Shown here in pieces: positions 38,239 to 50,821 of a stretch of DNA of 64,000 nucleotides. Below the pieces are notes generated by a model that was not told where the DNA came from, did not search any database, and was given only the letters and a program-made list of their open reading frames with translations. Within the stretch, counting starts at the first letter, position 1, and each line of letters opens with the position of its first letter. The position numbers and the translations under genes were made by a program. The stretch spans positions 79,608,001 through 79,672,000 of the forward strand of contig OY740785.1 of NCBI GenBank assembly GCA_963514005.1, read 5' to 3'. The DNA comes from Raja brachyura (Eukaryota).

Positions 38239-39444
38239 TTAGTATTATCTTGGTAATAATACTAAAAGGAAGCAGAGATGTAAAATAGGACATTAATTTA
38301 GTCATCTAATTGAAATAAATAAGCGATAAACATATCTGTAAAATTAAATTAAACAAATCTTCTACATGTGAAATGATTTATACATTGAGTCAGTAGTCTC
38401 ATGAAACATATTTCTTCTTTGCTATATTGGCATGTTGCAATTCAAAATGTAAATTAGCTCTTTCCTTAAACCCAGATTTTCATATTAGCTGAGGTATGTA
38501 TACACACATATACATGTTGATCATGATTTCAATACACTTTAACAGAGATTAAATATTCCACATGCGCGACAAGATATTTCTCCAGTAAAGTAGAATCCAC
38601 AATAGTTATTATTCCCATTTAACATTTTATTTCTGAAAATATAAACATATTGCATAAAATATGAGCTATGATTAGGCTATTTAACTCAAATCATTTGCCC
38701 CTTCCGCAAATCTTTGACGCTGATCGAGATTTAGCTTCCCAAATTGTAAGTCCGGAGGAAACATTCTGTGTGAAAAATTTCTGCCCATAAACAATTAAAT
38801 GAATTGCCATTTCATTTCCAAACCCTCTTCTCCAATTTTGACCTTAGTCTGCCACGTTTCACAGAATGTAACAATTTTTCTCTGATGCCAGTAGTGCGCT
38901 ATTGTTGTTTCTTACTTAACCATTTCGGAATATAATCTTTTTCTGATCAAATATTTACCAGCATATTTATAATTTAGTTCCAGAGGTGTTTTCTGGATGT
39001 TGTCAGAGGCCAAACCATGTTCAGCATTCAAACATGATCAAGTAGCCATATCAGAGCCAGCCAATAACTATCTATGACAAGGGAGAATTGAACTATTTCT
39101 CGTTGATATCAAGTGCTTACCGCTGAGCAGACATTGAACTTGGTGTCTCACTTAAATACAAGAGCCTCAAACACAAACAAGAGGCTAATGGGCTTATCCC
39201 ACTTTGGCGATTTTTCAGGCGACTGTCAAGTTGCCGGCAGTCGCCTGAAAAACCGGCAACCTGAACGGCGACTGTCAGAGTGGAACACACACAAACTCAT
39301 CGCTTCCTTCACCAGCCCGTTTTGCAGGCGGGGGACATAGCAAGCGGGGGAGCGCTGTCTGAGTGAAATTCCCACGGTGCAAAGCCAAGGTGATACACCA
39401 CGATGAACAGGAAGGTTGGTGCTGTAATTAAGCCGGCTAAAACA

Positions 39445-40125
39445 GTAATCAAATAAATCAAATCAAATACATTTATTTGTCATTGCACATCAACTGTACA
39501 ACAAAATTTTCTGTGCATCCCCTTCAATGGTAAACAATAAAAGACACAGGATAAACAGATTAAAAAGAACAAAACACAATAACACAAACAACCATTTGCT
39601 TTCACATTTACATTTACTACAAGATCAATGCATAAAATAAGTAATAGATAATAAAAATGATGCACATTATATTGCACATGCTAGCAGACAAATTTTTATA
39701 ATGCACCCCGAATTGTGTACTGTTGCCCGTAGTGTTATCTGCTTGAATTAAGTTATCTAATGACACGTGGGTAGAAACTGTTAGTTAGTCTGCAAGTGCG
39801 GGCCTTCAAAGACCTGTATCGCGTCCCAGAGGGCAGCAGATTGAAAAGGTGGTTGGCAGAGTGGGATGAGTCCTGTGTGATGTTTGTCACCCGGCGTAAA
39901 CATTGGGCCTTGTAAATGTCTTCCAGGGAGGGTAGTTGAGCGTTTGTGATGCTCTGTGCTGTTTTAATAACCCTCTGTAGTGCCTTCCTTCCAGCCACAG
40001 TGCAGCTAGCAAACCACACTAGGATACCATAGGAGAGGATGCTTTCCACGGCGCACCGGTAGAAGGACAGCAGCAGCTGCTGTGAGACGTTTGCTCTCCG
40101 CAGAGTCCTCAGGAAATATAGCCTC
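39445..40125 (-). mobile_element. Rex1/Babar 3' fragment with (GATTT)n tail
   Basis: ESILSYGILVWF..RKALQRVIKTAQ..LPSGTRYRSLKARTCRLTNSFYP. Confidence 0.85.
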
Positions 40126-40844
40126 CTTTAAAAGAAGAGGGGGAGAGGGGGGAAGAAGGAGTGGAGACAACTTTTAAGAAGCCAGAGATACACGGCTGAG
40201 AAGCTCAGTGGACATTTAACATTACTGGTCGGTTATCCTTGGTTTTGAAAACAACTGCTTACGTTTTTTCCCCCCCAATGCGCCAATTAAATTCACCGGC
40301 ATCACCGGCTATAACCTACGAGAACCATCACCCTCCTGGCAACCCACTAGGACCTCCTGGCGACCCACCTATTACTCGATACTCTCCATGGTGGCTTCAT
40401 TCTAGTCGCCGCTAATTTGTCAATATGTTGACAAATTTGCGGAGACCATAATGAGACCGCGACTAGTTCCCAGAATGCGGGTATAGTGACAGATTATATC
40501 GTTCAAGGAATTTCTCACTTTAGCCACTATGAGAAGACAAGGGGGTAAGGAGATAGCATTGTTCATGCATGGGAGCCCTCCTCGAGACATTCAAAGCCGT
40601 TCAAAGATAAATCTCTTGATTAATAGTTTCTTTATTGTCGCAGTAAAACAGTAAGATATTCATCCAAACTTCTTGTTAAGTACATTTTAATCTTACTAGT
40701 AATCAAACTCCAGTGCGTGGCTCTGACATGTTAGAAAGCTCCAAACGTGGTCAAAAGCTATGCCATCCCGCCATGCTTCTTCCAAACTAAAAGAAAACGA
40801 ACTAGCTTCTGCGCAAGATTCCCAGCAGCAAACACGCCTCCGAA

Positions 40845-41791
40845 TCTTATATTATTAAAAGTCTGATCTTGACCGCTTTTGGCTCACTGTGGTGTGATTT
40901 CTGAGAGAATGTTGCCACCTACAGCCGTCATTTTCGGCCAGCACGCTCAGACTCCCCCTCCGCCATACTGGACCAGAGGATTTTTCCCATCGATGAAAAA
41001 TCAGAGAGATATTAATGTTTTTAAAAATTCGCCATTCTCTCTGCTGCCCCTGCTGGATGGAGGGGGAGGGACTATAAAACCCGAAAGTGGTGTGCCTCAC
41101 TCAGTCTCTGCAAGATGGAGGAAGCCAGAGGGTCACATCTCTCTGAGCTCTGAATAGCACTGAACACATGTCTACTCAACTGTGAGTGCCCTTAATGTGG
41201 TTCTATAAATGCTTGCAAAAAGTGTCTATTGGTTTTAAAATGCTTGCAGAAAGTGTCTATTGATTCTAAAATGCTTGCAAAAAATGTCTATTGGTTCTAA
41301 AATGCTTGTACAAAGTGTCTATTGTTTCTAAATGCTTGCAAAAAGTGTCTCTATTGGTCTCTACATGCACGGATTTACTCATTACGTTTAAAAAAAATCA
41401 TACAGCTCTCACCCATAGAATGTTGGTGAACGTTCCACCGTGTGATGTCACAATGCGATCCCTCATGGAATGGATCTAATTTACATATGCCTTTGCACCA
41501 GCCCCAGCCCCAGCCCCCCCCCCCCCATAGCCTGTGTTGAAGTGTGTGATCACATGTGTGGGGATAGAGAAAGAGGATTGGAGGTGATAGGGAATGGAAA
41601 ATAGATGGATTGCCCCTACCTCTCCCCCACCCCTCCCTCCACACTCTTCCCCTCCCTTCCCTACCCCATCTCCCTCCTCCCCTCCCTCCCTCCCCCACAC
41701 CTCTCTCCCCTTCCCAATCCCACTCTCTTCCCCCACCCCTCTCCTACCCCCTCTCCATCTCCCTCTCCTCTCCCTGCTCCACTTAGTCTAG
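40845..41791 (+). mobile_element. Non-autonomous Helitron with both termini
   Basis: A|TCttatattattaaaagtctg 5' end and ccacttagtCTAG|T 3' end (subterminal hairpin not evident). Internal 30-bp tandem repeat and C/T tract. Confidence 0.75.
41195..41365. repeat. ~30-bp minisatellite (aaatgcttgcaaaaagtgtctattggttct) x ~5
   Basis: Read directly; lies inside the Helitron. Confidence 0.9.
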
Positions 41792-42332
41792 TACATAATA
41801 AATTATATTTAAGAGGGAGTTAGATGTGGCCCTTGTGGCTAAAGGGATCAGGGGGTATGGGGAGAAGGCAGGTAAGGGATACTGAGTTGGATGATCAGCC
41901 ATGATCATATTGAATGGCGGTGCAGGCTCGAAGGGCCGAAAGGCCTACTCCTGCACCTATTTTCTGTGTTTCTAAATCCCACCCACATAATTACAGACAG
42001 ACAAAATTTAACGGCGAATGCCATAATTTATAACATACTAAGTTAAGCCAAATGGCCACAACAGCGGGATCTCCTCACGACCATGAAGGCGACTCCCTGG
42101 CAACCACCCGCGAACATGTGGCGACTGCATAGTCAATATAGATAAATGTGAGGTTATCCACTTTTGTGGCAAAAACAAGGGGGCAGATTATTATGTCAAT
42201 GGGGTTTGGTTAGGTAAGGGGGAGGTACAGCGAGACCATGGGTGTCCTTGTACACCGGTGACTGAATGTTGACATGCAGGTACAGCAGGCAGTGGAGTTT
42301 TGGTGCAGTTGTACAAAAACTGAATGTGGATT

Positions 42333-43125
42333 AGGCAATAGACAATAGATGCAGGAGTAGGCCATTCGGCCCTTCGACCCAGCACCGCCATTCAATGTGC
42401 TCATGGCTGATCATCCCCAATCGGTACCCCGTTCCTGCCTTCTCCACATATCCCCTGACTCTGCTATCTTTAAGAGCCCTATCTAGCTCACTCTTGAAAG
42501 TATCCAGAGAACCGTCCTCCACTGCTCCCTGAGGCAGAGAATTCCACAGGCTCACAACTCTCTGTGAGGAGAAAGTGTTTCCTCATCTCCGTTCTAAATG
42601 GCTTACCCTTATTCTTAAACTGTGGTCCCAGGTTCTGGACGCTCGCAACACCAGGAACATGTTTCCTGCCTCTAGCGTGTCCAAACCCTTACCAATCTTA
42701 TATGTTTCAATAAGATATCCTCTCATCCTTCTAAATTCCAGAGTATACAAACCCAGCCGCTCCATTCTTTCAGCATATGACAGTCCCGCCATCCTGAGAA
42801 TTAACTTTGTAAACCTATGCTGCACTCCCTTAATAGCAAGAATGTCCTTCCTGAAATTAGGGGACCAAAACTGCCCACACTACTCCAGGTGTGGTCTCAC
42901 TAGGGCCCTGTACAACTGCAGAAGGACCTCTTTGCTCCTAAACTCGACTCCTCTTGTTATAAAGGCCAACATGCCATTTGCTTTCTTCACTGCCTGCTGT
43001 ACTTGCATGCTTACTTTCATAGACTGATGAACAAGGACCCCAGATCCCATTGTACTTCCCCTTTTCCCAACTTGACGCCATTTAGATAGTAATCTGCCTT
43101 CCTGTTTTTGATACGAAAGTGGTTA
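42333..43125 (-). mobile_element. CR1 3' part, TATTGTCTATTG-tail subfamily
   Basis: QHRFTKLILRMAGLSYAERMERLGLYTLEFRRMRG; tail caatagacaatag on the + strand. Confidence 0.88.
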
Positions 43126-43939
43126 CAACTTGGATTGTTTACTCTGGAATGTCAGAAGTTGAGGGGAGATCTCATAGACGTATATGAGATTATGGTAGGC
43201 ATAGATAGACAGTCACACCATTTTTTCCTGAGTGGAAATGTCAAAGACTAAAGGGCACAGCTTTAAGGTGAGGTGGACAAAGTTTAAAAGAGATATGCAG
43301 GACAGGTTTTTTTTTAAACAAGATGGTGGGTGTCCAGACACAATATCTGGGATGGTGGTGAGGTAGATATGATGGTGGTGTTCAAGTGGCTTTTATGTAG
43401 GCACATGAATATGTAGCAAATGGAGGGGTATGAATCATGTTCTGACAGATGAGATTAGTTTATCTTGGCATTAGGTTTAGCACCAGGGCTGCCAATATTG
43501 AGTGAGAGTTGAGAGCTTGAAATTTTGCAATCTGGTGCATACTGTAGCGAGTCTTTTAACTTACACTTGGATGCAACATTTATGCTTTAAATTGGATTAG
43601 GTATGAATAAGGTTAGGCTAAATTACATTCCACAATAGAGCCAGGCTCTGCTCAACAGGTGCAGCACATGAATGACTATACTCATGTATGGAAATCAGAT
43701 TACATTCATGCTGTTATGCATATATATATATATATATATATAGAGAGAAAAACTCAGAGAAACAAAGCAAAAGTCAGGCTTCCATCACTGTTCTGCACAA
43801 ATAAATCAATCAACCTTGTTCAAGAAGGAACTGCAGATGTTGGAGAATCGAAGGTAGACAAAATTGCTGGAGAAACTCAGTGGGTGCGGCAGCATCTATG
43901 GAGCGAAGGAAATAGGCAATGTTTCGGGCCGAAACCCTT

Positions 43940-44612
43940 CATAGAAACATAGAAATTAGGTGCAGGAGTAGGCCATTCGGCCCTTCGAGCCTGCACCGCC
44001 ATTCAATATGATCATGGCTGATCATCCAACTCAGTATCCCGTACCTGCCTTCTCTCCATACCCTCTGGTCCCCTTAGCCACAAGGGCCACATCTAACTCC
44101 CTCTTAAATATAGCCAATGAACTGGCCTCAACTACCCTCTGTGGCAGAGAGTTCCAGAGACCCACCACTCTCTGTGTGAAAAAATTCCTTCTCATCTCAG
44201 TCCTAAAGGATTTCCCCCTTATCCTTAAGCTGTGACCCCTTGTCCTGGACCTCCCCAACATAGGGAACAATCTTCCTGCATCTAGCCTGTCCAACCCCTT
44301 AAGAATCTTGTAAGTTTCTATAAGATCCCCTCTCAATCACCTAAATTCTAGAGAGTATAAACCGAGTCTATGCAGTCTTTGTTCATAAGACAGTCCTGAC
44401 ATCCCAGGAATCAGTCTGGTGAACCTTCGCTGCACTCCCTCTATGGCAATAATGTCCTTCCTCAGATTTGGAGACCAGAACTGTACGCAATACTCCAGGT
44501 GTGGCCTCACCAAGACCCTATACAACTGAAGTAGAACCTCCCTGCTCCTATAGTCAAATCCTTTTGCTATGAATCCTATACTCAAATCCTTTTGCTATGA
44601 AGTTTGCTATGA
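43940..44612 (-). mobile_element. Young CR1 3' part inserted into a Penelope tail
   Basis: ORFs 44031-44336 and 44337-44585 encode CR1 ORF2 C-terminus; catagaaacatagaaa tail. Confidence 0.92.
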
Positions 44613-44705
44613 CCGTTTTCTAGACTTCAGACGGTTTCAACCTTACCCTTTGAATATAGAAATAAGACGAAAATAATGCCACATATTCAATCATATATAT
44701 ATCTA

Positions 44706-45858
44706 AGAGATTAGCATACAAACTTAAAGCACACGGTATTGGGGGTTCAGTATTGATGTGGATAGAGAACTGGCTAGCAGACAGGAGGCAAAGGGTAGGA
44801 GTAAACGGGTCCTTTTCAGAATGGCAGGCAGTGACTAGTGGGGTGCCGCAAGGCTCAGTGCTGGGACCCCAGCTATTTACAATATATATTAATGATTTGG
44901 ACGAGGGAATTCAATACAACATCTCCAAATTTGCAGATGATACCAAGCTGGGGGGTATAGTTAGGTGTGAGGAGGATGCTTGGAGGCTGCAGGGTGATTT
45001 GGATAGGCTGAGTGAATGGGCAGATGCATGGCAGATGCAGTACAATGTGGATAAATGTGAGGTTATCCACTTTGGTGGCAAAAACATGAGGGTAGACTAT
45101 TATCTGAATGGTGGCAGATTAGGTAAGGGGGAGATGCAACGAGACCTGGGTGTCATGGTACACCAGTCATTGAAAGTAGGCATGCAGGTGCAGCAGGCAG
45201 TGAAGAAAGCAAATGGTATGTTAGCATTCATAGCGAAAGGATTTGAGTATAGGAGCAGGGAGGTTCTACTGCAGTTGTACAGGGTTTTGGTGAGGCCACA
45301 CCTGGAGTACTGCGTACAGTTTTGGTCTCCAAATCTGAGGAAAGACATCCTTGCCATAGAGGGGGTACAGAGAAGATTCACCAGACTGATTCCTGGGATG
45401 TCAGGACTTTCATATGAGGAAAGATTGGATAGACTCGGTTTGTACTCGATGGAATTTAGAAGATTGAGGGGGGATCTTATAGAAACCTACAAAATTCTTA
45501 AGGGGTTGGACAAGCTAGATGCTGGAAGATTGTTCCCGATGTTGGGGGAGTCCAGAACAAGGGGTCACAGTCTAAGGATAAGGGGGAATTCCTTTAGGAC
45601 TGAAATGAGGAAAACATTCTTTACACAGAGAGTGGTGAGTCTCTGGAATTCTCTGCCACAGAAGGTAGTTGAGGCCAGTTCATTGGCTATATTTAAGAGG
45701 GCGTTAGATGTGGCACTTGTGGCTAAAGGGATCAGGGGGTATGGAGAGAAAGCAGGTACGGGATACTGAGTTGGATGATCAGCCATGATCACATTGAATG
45801 GCGGTGCAGGCTCGAAGGGCCGAATGGCCTACTCCTGCACCTATTTTCTATGTTTCTA
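44706..45858 (+). mobile_element. Young 5'-truncated CR1 with an uninterrupted RT C-terminal reading frame (44753-45769)
   Basis: SGVPQGSVLGP, SKFADDTKL, RPHLEYCVQFWSP; tttctatgtttcta tail. Confidence 0.95.
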
Positions 45859-48800
45859 TATGGTTCAATGAAATTAAGATATATATGTAATATATATGGA
45901 AACTGGTCCTTCCGCCAACCAGGTCCACACCGACCAGCAATCTATCATACACCAATTCCATCCATCACGCCAGGGCCAATTTATAGAAGCCAATTAACCT
46001 ACAATCCTGCACTTCTTTCGGATATGGGAGAAACCGGAATATCCAGAGAAAACCCATGTGGTAGTAAGGCAGCAACTCTACCGCTGCACCACCGTGCCAC
46101 CCCATTCAATTATTTTTTTTGTAATATATTTATTGTGGTGTCACGTGAATAAAGATGAACACATGATTCTGATTTCTGCCCTTAGTTGGATAACACACAT
46201 GTTCAGTCATTGTGTTTTATGGCAGGTTTTCAACCTCTTCAGGCTGAAGGTCTTGACTCGAAACATTACCCATTCTTTCTCTCCAGAGATGCTGCCTATC
46301 CTGCTGAATTTTTCTAGTTTTCAGTGTCTATCTTCAGTTTAAAACAGCATCTGAAATTCCTTCCTACACTATTTGTTAAGCAAAACGCAAATTCTCATTA
46401 TATAATTTTGTGATCAGCGTGAGAGCATGAGAATTTTGTGAAATGCGCGGGTCTCACACTTAATGCGTGAGAGTTGGCATCCTTGCTAATAATTCAAACA
46501 TTTTATGCAAGTTCCAATTGTTTGCACAATAATCACTTATTACTGCTTTATAACAGTTAAGTTACTTTAAGACTATTTCAGAAATTATGGCAGTCAACAA
46601 AAAATCAACTAACAAATTAAAGCAAACTAAAAAAAATAACATGTTCCCTTTCCTGACTCTACCTCATAAGTACTTTAATGCTGTTAACAGGGCAAAGGGA
46701 TATTAATCTCAAGAATCAAAATGGGGAAAGTGAGGGCAATTTTGCTTAAATGGTAATTCCAAGCCCATTCAGATCTGCATAGAGTCTGTTATACAACATG
46801 TACATTACTGGCCCAATTTGTCCATACTGATCAAGTTGGCATTCTGCGTGCCCAGGGACCGGCTGCCGTTCCCAGGTCAGCTCGCGTCCCAGGGACTGGC
46901 TGCCGTTCCCAGGTTGGCTCGCCTGCAACAGAATGAGTGGTGGGCGGGGAAGGTATTGAGAGGGAGAAGAGGGAGGTGCCGTGTGCCCATAGTCCGAACC
47001 CTGTCCTAGATGCTTGGCCTCATTGTGGTCGTCGTCGCCCCCCCCCCCCATGTTTGACAACTGCTTCACCTGGTTGTTGTTGTCAGCAGCTGCACATTCG
47101 ACCAAAGAGAAGAGATGCAATTCTATTCGCGGCCGTCAACCGGCGCACTTCCCCAGACCGCACAGATCGTTGGCAGGTGGCGCAAAGGGACAAACTGTCG
47201 CAGGGACTGAACTCAGCGTGAGAACTCGGTCATGAGCGTGAGGGCGTGAGAAATAGCTACAAGGCATGATTCTCACGCTGAAAGCGTGAGAGTTGGCAGC
47301 CCTGCAGCACAGACATTATGGCAGAAGGGCCGATTCCTACGCTGTGTTAATCCTGTACTTGAAGTGACACACTGTAACTGTGTATAATCTAGCAAATACA
47401 CTGTAATTAGCAGTGAATGTTACTCAAGCATCACCATTTAAACCTGTGACCCAAATCATCCAGAAGGACCAAGGTATCCAATGCACAGAAAAATCACCAT
47501 TTGTAGGATCTACTCCAACTCATATACATCTTGACTTGAAAATTATCATCATGGTCATTACTCTAAATTCTGAAAGTCCTGAGCCAACAGAATTCTGAGA
47601 GCTTCTTCCCGGAAGTATTGTAGCAGTTTAAGAAGGTAGCTCACCCCACCGACTTATCAAGGTAATTATGGACAGATAAGAAATGTCCTTGCTAGTGACA
47701 GAAATTATCCATAATTGAATGAAACTGACAACAATCAACATAAACATATTAAATATATCCAAATATTTATGGCAGAATATTTCCATTAACTGTGGTAATT
47801 TGAAATTTTTGTCCGAAAGCCTATATTAATCTCTTGAAAATGATCTGGATCACCAATGCAGTCCTCCTTTCTCCAGAAATGAAAAGGTTTGGAGCTTTGA
47901 ATTGGTTTCTAGACATGCATGCCCCTAAGTACCAGAAATATCATTACCTCCTTTCAGTAACCTCTCTTCAACACAACTATGATTCTTTCAGTGGTATGTC
48001 TTAAATGCATACATTATTACAGATATCATCTGACCAAACATTTATAAAACATTCAATTAGCTCATTGTGGTTCACAGTTAAATTAACTTAAGAATTGCAA
48101 TCCAGGGAATAATGGTATACTGGAGTCAAACATCCACAGAGCCAGGTGGCTTCTATCAAGACATTTTTAAATAATTAGGTGAAAACACTGTAGATATCTT
48201 TAGGCAAAAACTTCAAAGTCTTCTTGATTTGGGAAGCATCCCTTCAGATTAGAATTCTATACAAACACCAGAACAGTCATAGAATCAAACTTGCCAATGT
48301 CACAGAGAAAGACAGCACTGTAAACGCCATAGAGATTAGCATAACATTTCAAATAAATATTAATAGATTAAAGTAATAGGAAAATATGTAGTGAATTTCA
48401 GTGTGTGAAATCATTCACTGTGGACCCAAAAATAACACAATGACGTACTTTGGTGAAAATCTAGAAATATTAGCTTAGGGATGATTATTTTCCAAAGCAA
48501 CAGAGTCAATTCCTGTGCTCATTGAAATACTATTGAGGGAAGGCCATATTAGAAAGACTGCTAGCTAAAACTTCATACCCAGTCAGTTGCACTAATTGTG
48601 GTGGTAATATGATGAGCTTGCTTTAGATCGATGTAGAATAGAAACGTAGGCAAGTGGCTTGGGCAGGGCAGGCATTTGGCAATACCAGACCAAATCCTCA
48701 GAATCAATGGCCAAAATGCTATTGCACCGCTGTGTGGAGGTGGCGGGTTCATATGTGGGATGTGAGTGACCTTTCAACCCTTCTAGCAGGGCTGGAGGCA

Positions 48801-48879
48801 TTGAGTGAAGGTTTCTACCAGGAATTCACCCAGTCTTGACAGTAGCCGATGTCTATCAAGTCACAAAATTGAGGCGTTG

Positions 48880-49716
48880 TTGACAAGGATGTTACAGAAC
48901 AATATTGATCAGATGATTAATTGGGAGGAGATTGAATGGTATTGCAAATTTAAGTGTGAGGTGTTACATTTTGGGACGTCGAACAAGGGCAGGACCTACA
49001 CAGTAAATGATAGGCCTCTGGGTAGTGTTGTAGAGCAGAGGGATCTAGGAGTACAGGTGCATGGTTCCTTGAACGTCGAGTTGAAGGTGGTCAAAAAGGC
49101 CTTTGGCATTTTGGCCTTCATCAGTCAGGGTATTGAGTATAGAAGTTGGGAAGTCATTTTGCTGTTGTATAAGACATTGGTGAGATCTCATTTAGAATAT
49201 TGTGTTCAGTTCTGGGCACTATGTGATAGGAAAAATATTGTCAAGCTTCAAAGGGTTTAGAAAAGATTTACGAGGATGTTGTCAGGACTAAAGGGTGTGA
49301 GCTATAGGGAGTAGGCTGGGTCTTATTCCATGGAGCGCAGGAGGATGAGGGAGGATCGTATAGAGGTGTACAAAATCATGAGTGGAATAGATCAGATAGT
49401 CTCTTGCCCAAAGTAGGGGAATTGAGGACCAGAGGACAGAGGTTCAAGTTGAAGGGGAAAAGATTTAATAGGAATCTGAGGGGTAACTTTTTCACACAAA
49501 GGGTGGTGGGTGTATGGAACAAACTGCCAGAGGAGGTAGTTGAGGCTTGGACTATCCCACCATTTAAGAGACAGTTAGACAGGTACATGGATAGGTCAGG
49601 TTTGGAGGGATATGGACCAAGCACAGGTAAGTGGGACTAGTGTAGCTGGGACATTGTTGGCCGGTGTGGGCAAGTTGGGTCGTGAGGCCTGTTTCCACAG
49701 TGTATCACTCTATGAC
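48880..49716 (+). mobile_element. Older CR1 3' part
   Basis: KCEVLHFG, QRDLGVQVH, RSHLEYCVQFW, FFTQRVVGVWNKLP. Confidence 0.88.
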
Positions 49717-49754
49717 ACTGCAGGAATGCTGTTCCTGTCACCACAACACATTAA

Positions 49755-50433
49755 AGGGCCTGTCCCACCAGCATGTGACTCCATGCGGTGAGCGTGACCT
49801 AACGTAGTCACTTGAGCCGTCCGGCCTCGTGGGGCCGGTCCCACTTCGATCGCCGGAGCCGTGTGGAGTTGTGCGGAGCTGGTCCCGACATCGCGCGGGG
49901 CTCGGAAAAACTGACCGTGTTCAAAATTTCCGCATGGCAATGGCCTGTCGGCCCGCAACCGCCTCGATGCATTACGCACCGCCTCACGTCATGCCTCCGT
50001 GACCCTCTCTATATGTGCCTCCGTGTCCCTCTCTGTGTGCCTCCGTGGCCCTCTCTCTGTGCTTCCGTGACCCTCTCTGTGTGCCTCCGTGACCCTCTCT
50101 CTCTGTTCCTCCGTAACCCTCTCTGTGTGCCTCCGTGGCTCTCTCTATATGTGCCTCCGTGACCCTCTCTGTGTGCCTCCAAGGCCCTCTCTTTCTATGC
50201 CTCCGTGACCCTCTCTGTGTGCCTACGTGGCCCTCTCTATATGTACCTCTGTGTCCCTCTCTCTGTGCCTCAGTGTCCCTCTCTGTGTGTCCCTCTCTGT
50301 CCTTGCGAACTTACCGTGGACTTCGCTCCAACTTCGCTCCCACGTCGCGCCACTCACCCGATCTCTGCGCAGCCCCCTCTTCCAGTTTGTTCGCGCTCAC
50401 CGCATGGAGTTGCATGCTGGTGGGACAGACCCT
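49755..50433. mobile_element. Harbinger-type MITE with an internal minisatellite
   Basis: ~40-bp TIR agggcctgtcccaccagcatg.gactccatgcggtgagcg / cgctcaccgcatggagttgcatgctggtgggacagaccct; flanks taa/caa. Confidence 0.85.
49990..50302. repeat. 22-24-bp minisatellite (gtgcctccgtgaccctctctgt) x ~13
   Basis: Read directly from the sequence. Confidence 0.92.
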
Positions 50434-50821
50434 CAAGGCTATGATTGCACAGAAGGTGCAAAGGAGCTTATAGGATGTTGCCTGGGATAGAACCTGTCAG
50501 TTATGAGGAGAGACCAAATAGGTGGGGTTTGTTTTCCTTGGAGCAGAGTTGTTACCTGCTATAATTATGAGAGGCATAGATAGCATGGATAGTGGGAAAC
50601 TTTTCTTCAGAACAGAAATGTCTAAAACCACAGGCCACAGGTTTAAGGTGAGGACTAAGAGAGTTAAGGAAAAGAATCTTCACCCAGAAGACGATTGCAA
50701 TCTGGAGTGCACTGCCTGAGAAGGTAGTGGGGTCAAGTTATTAAAAAGCCTCTGGAGAAGCAATTGAATGTCCAAGACAAAGGTGAAAGGGCCATGTGCT
50801 GGTAAATAGGATTAGTAGAGA

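Larger units (their letters stand above)
39189..42134. mobile_element. Harbinger-type non-autonomous element split by nested insertions
   Basis: taa|tgggcttatcccact left TIR resembles 29389. Pieces at 39189-39443, 40125-40481 and 42064-42134; right TIR not found. Confidence 0.6.
43484..47304. mobile_element. hAT-like TIR element (CAGGGCTGCCAA termini) with nested CR1s and SINEs
   Basis: cagggctgccaa at 43484 and ttggcagccctg at 47293-47304. Flanks tagcac/cagcac. The host CR1-type tail resumes after 47304. Confidence 0.7.

Noticed and set aside
44753-45769. 338-aa RT ORF as a domesticated gene
   Set aside because: It is a 5'-truncated young CR1, near-identical to other copies and ending in the CR1 tail.
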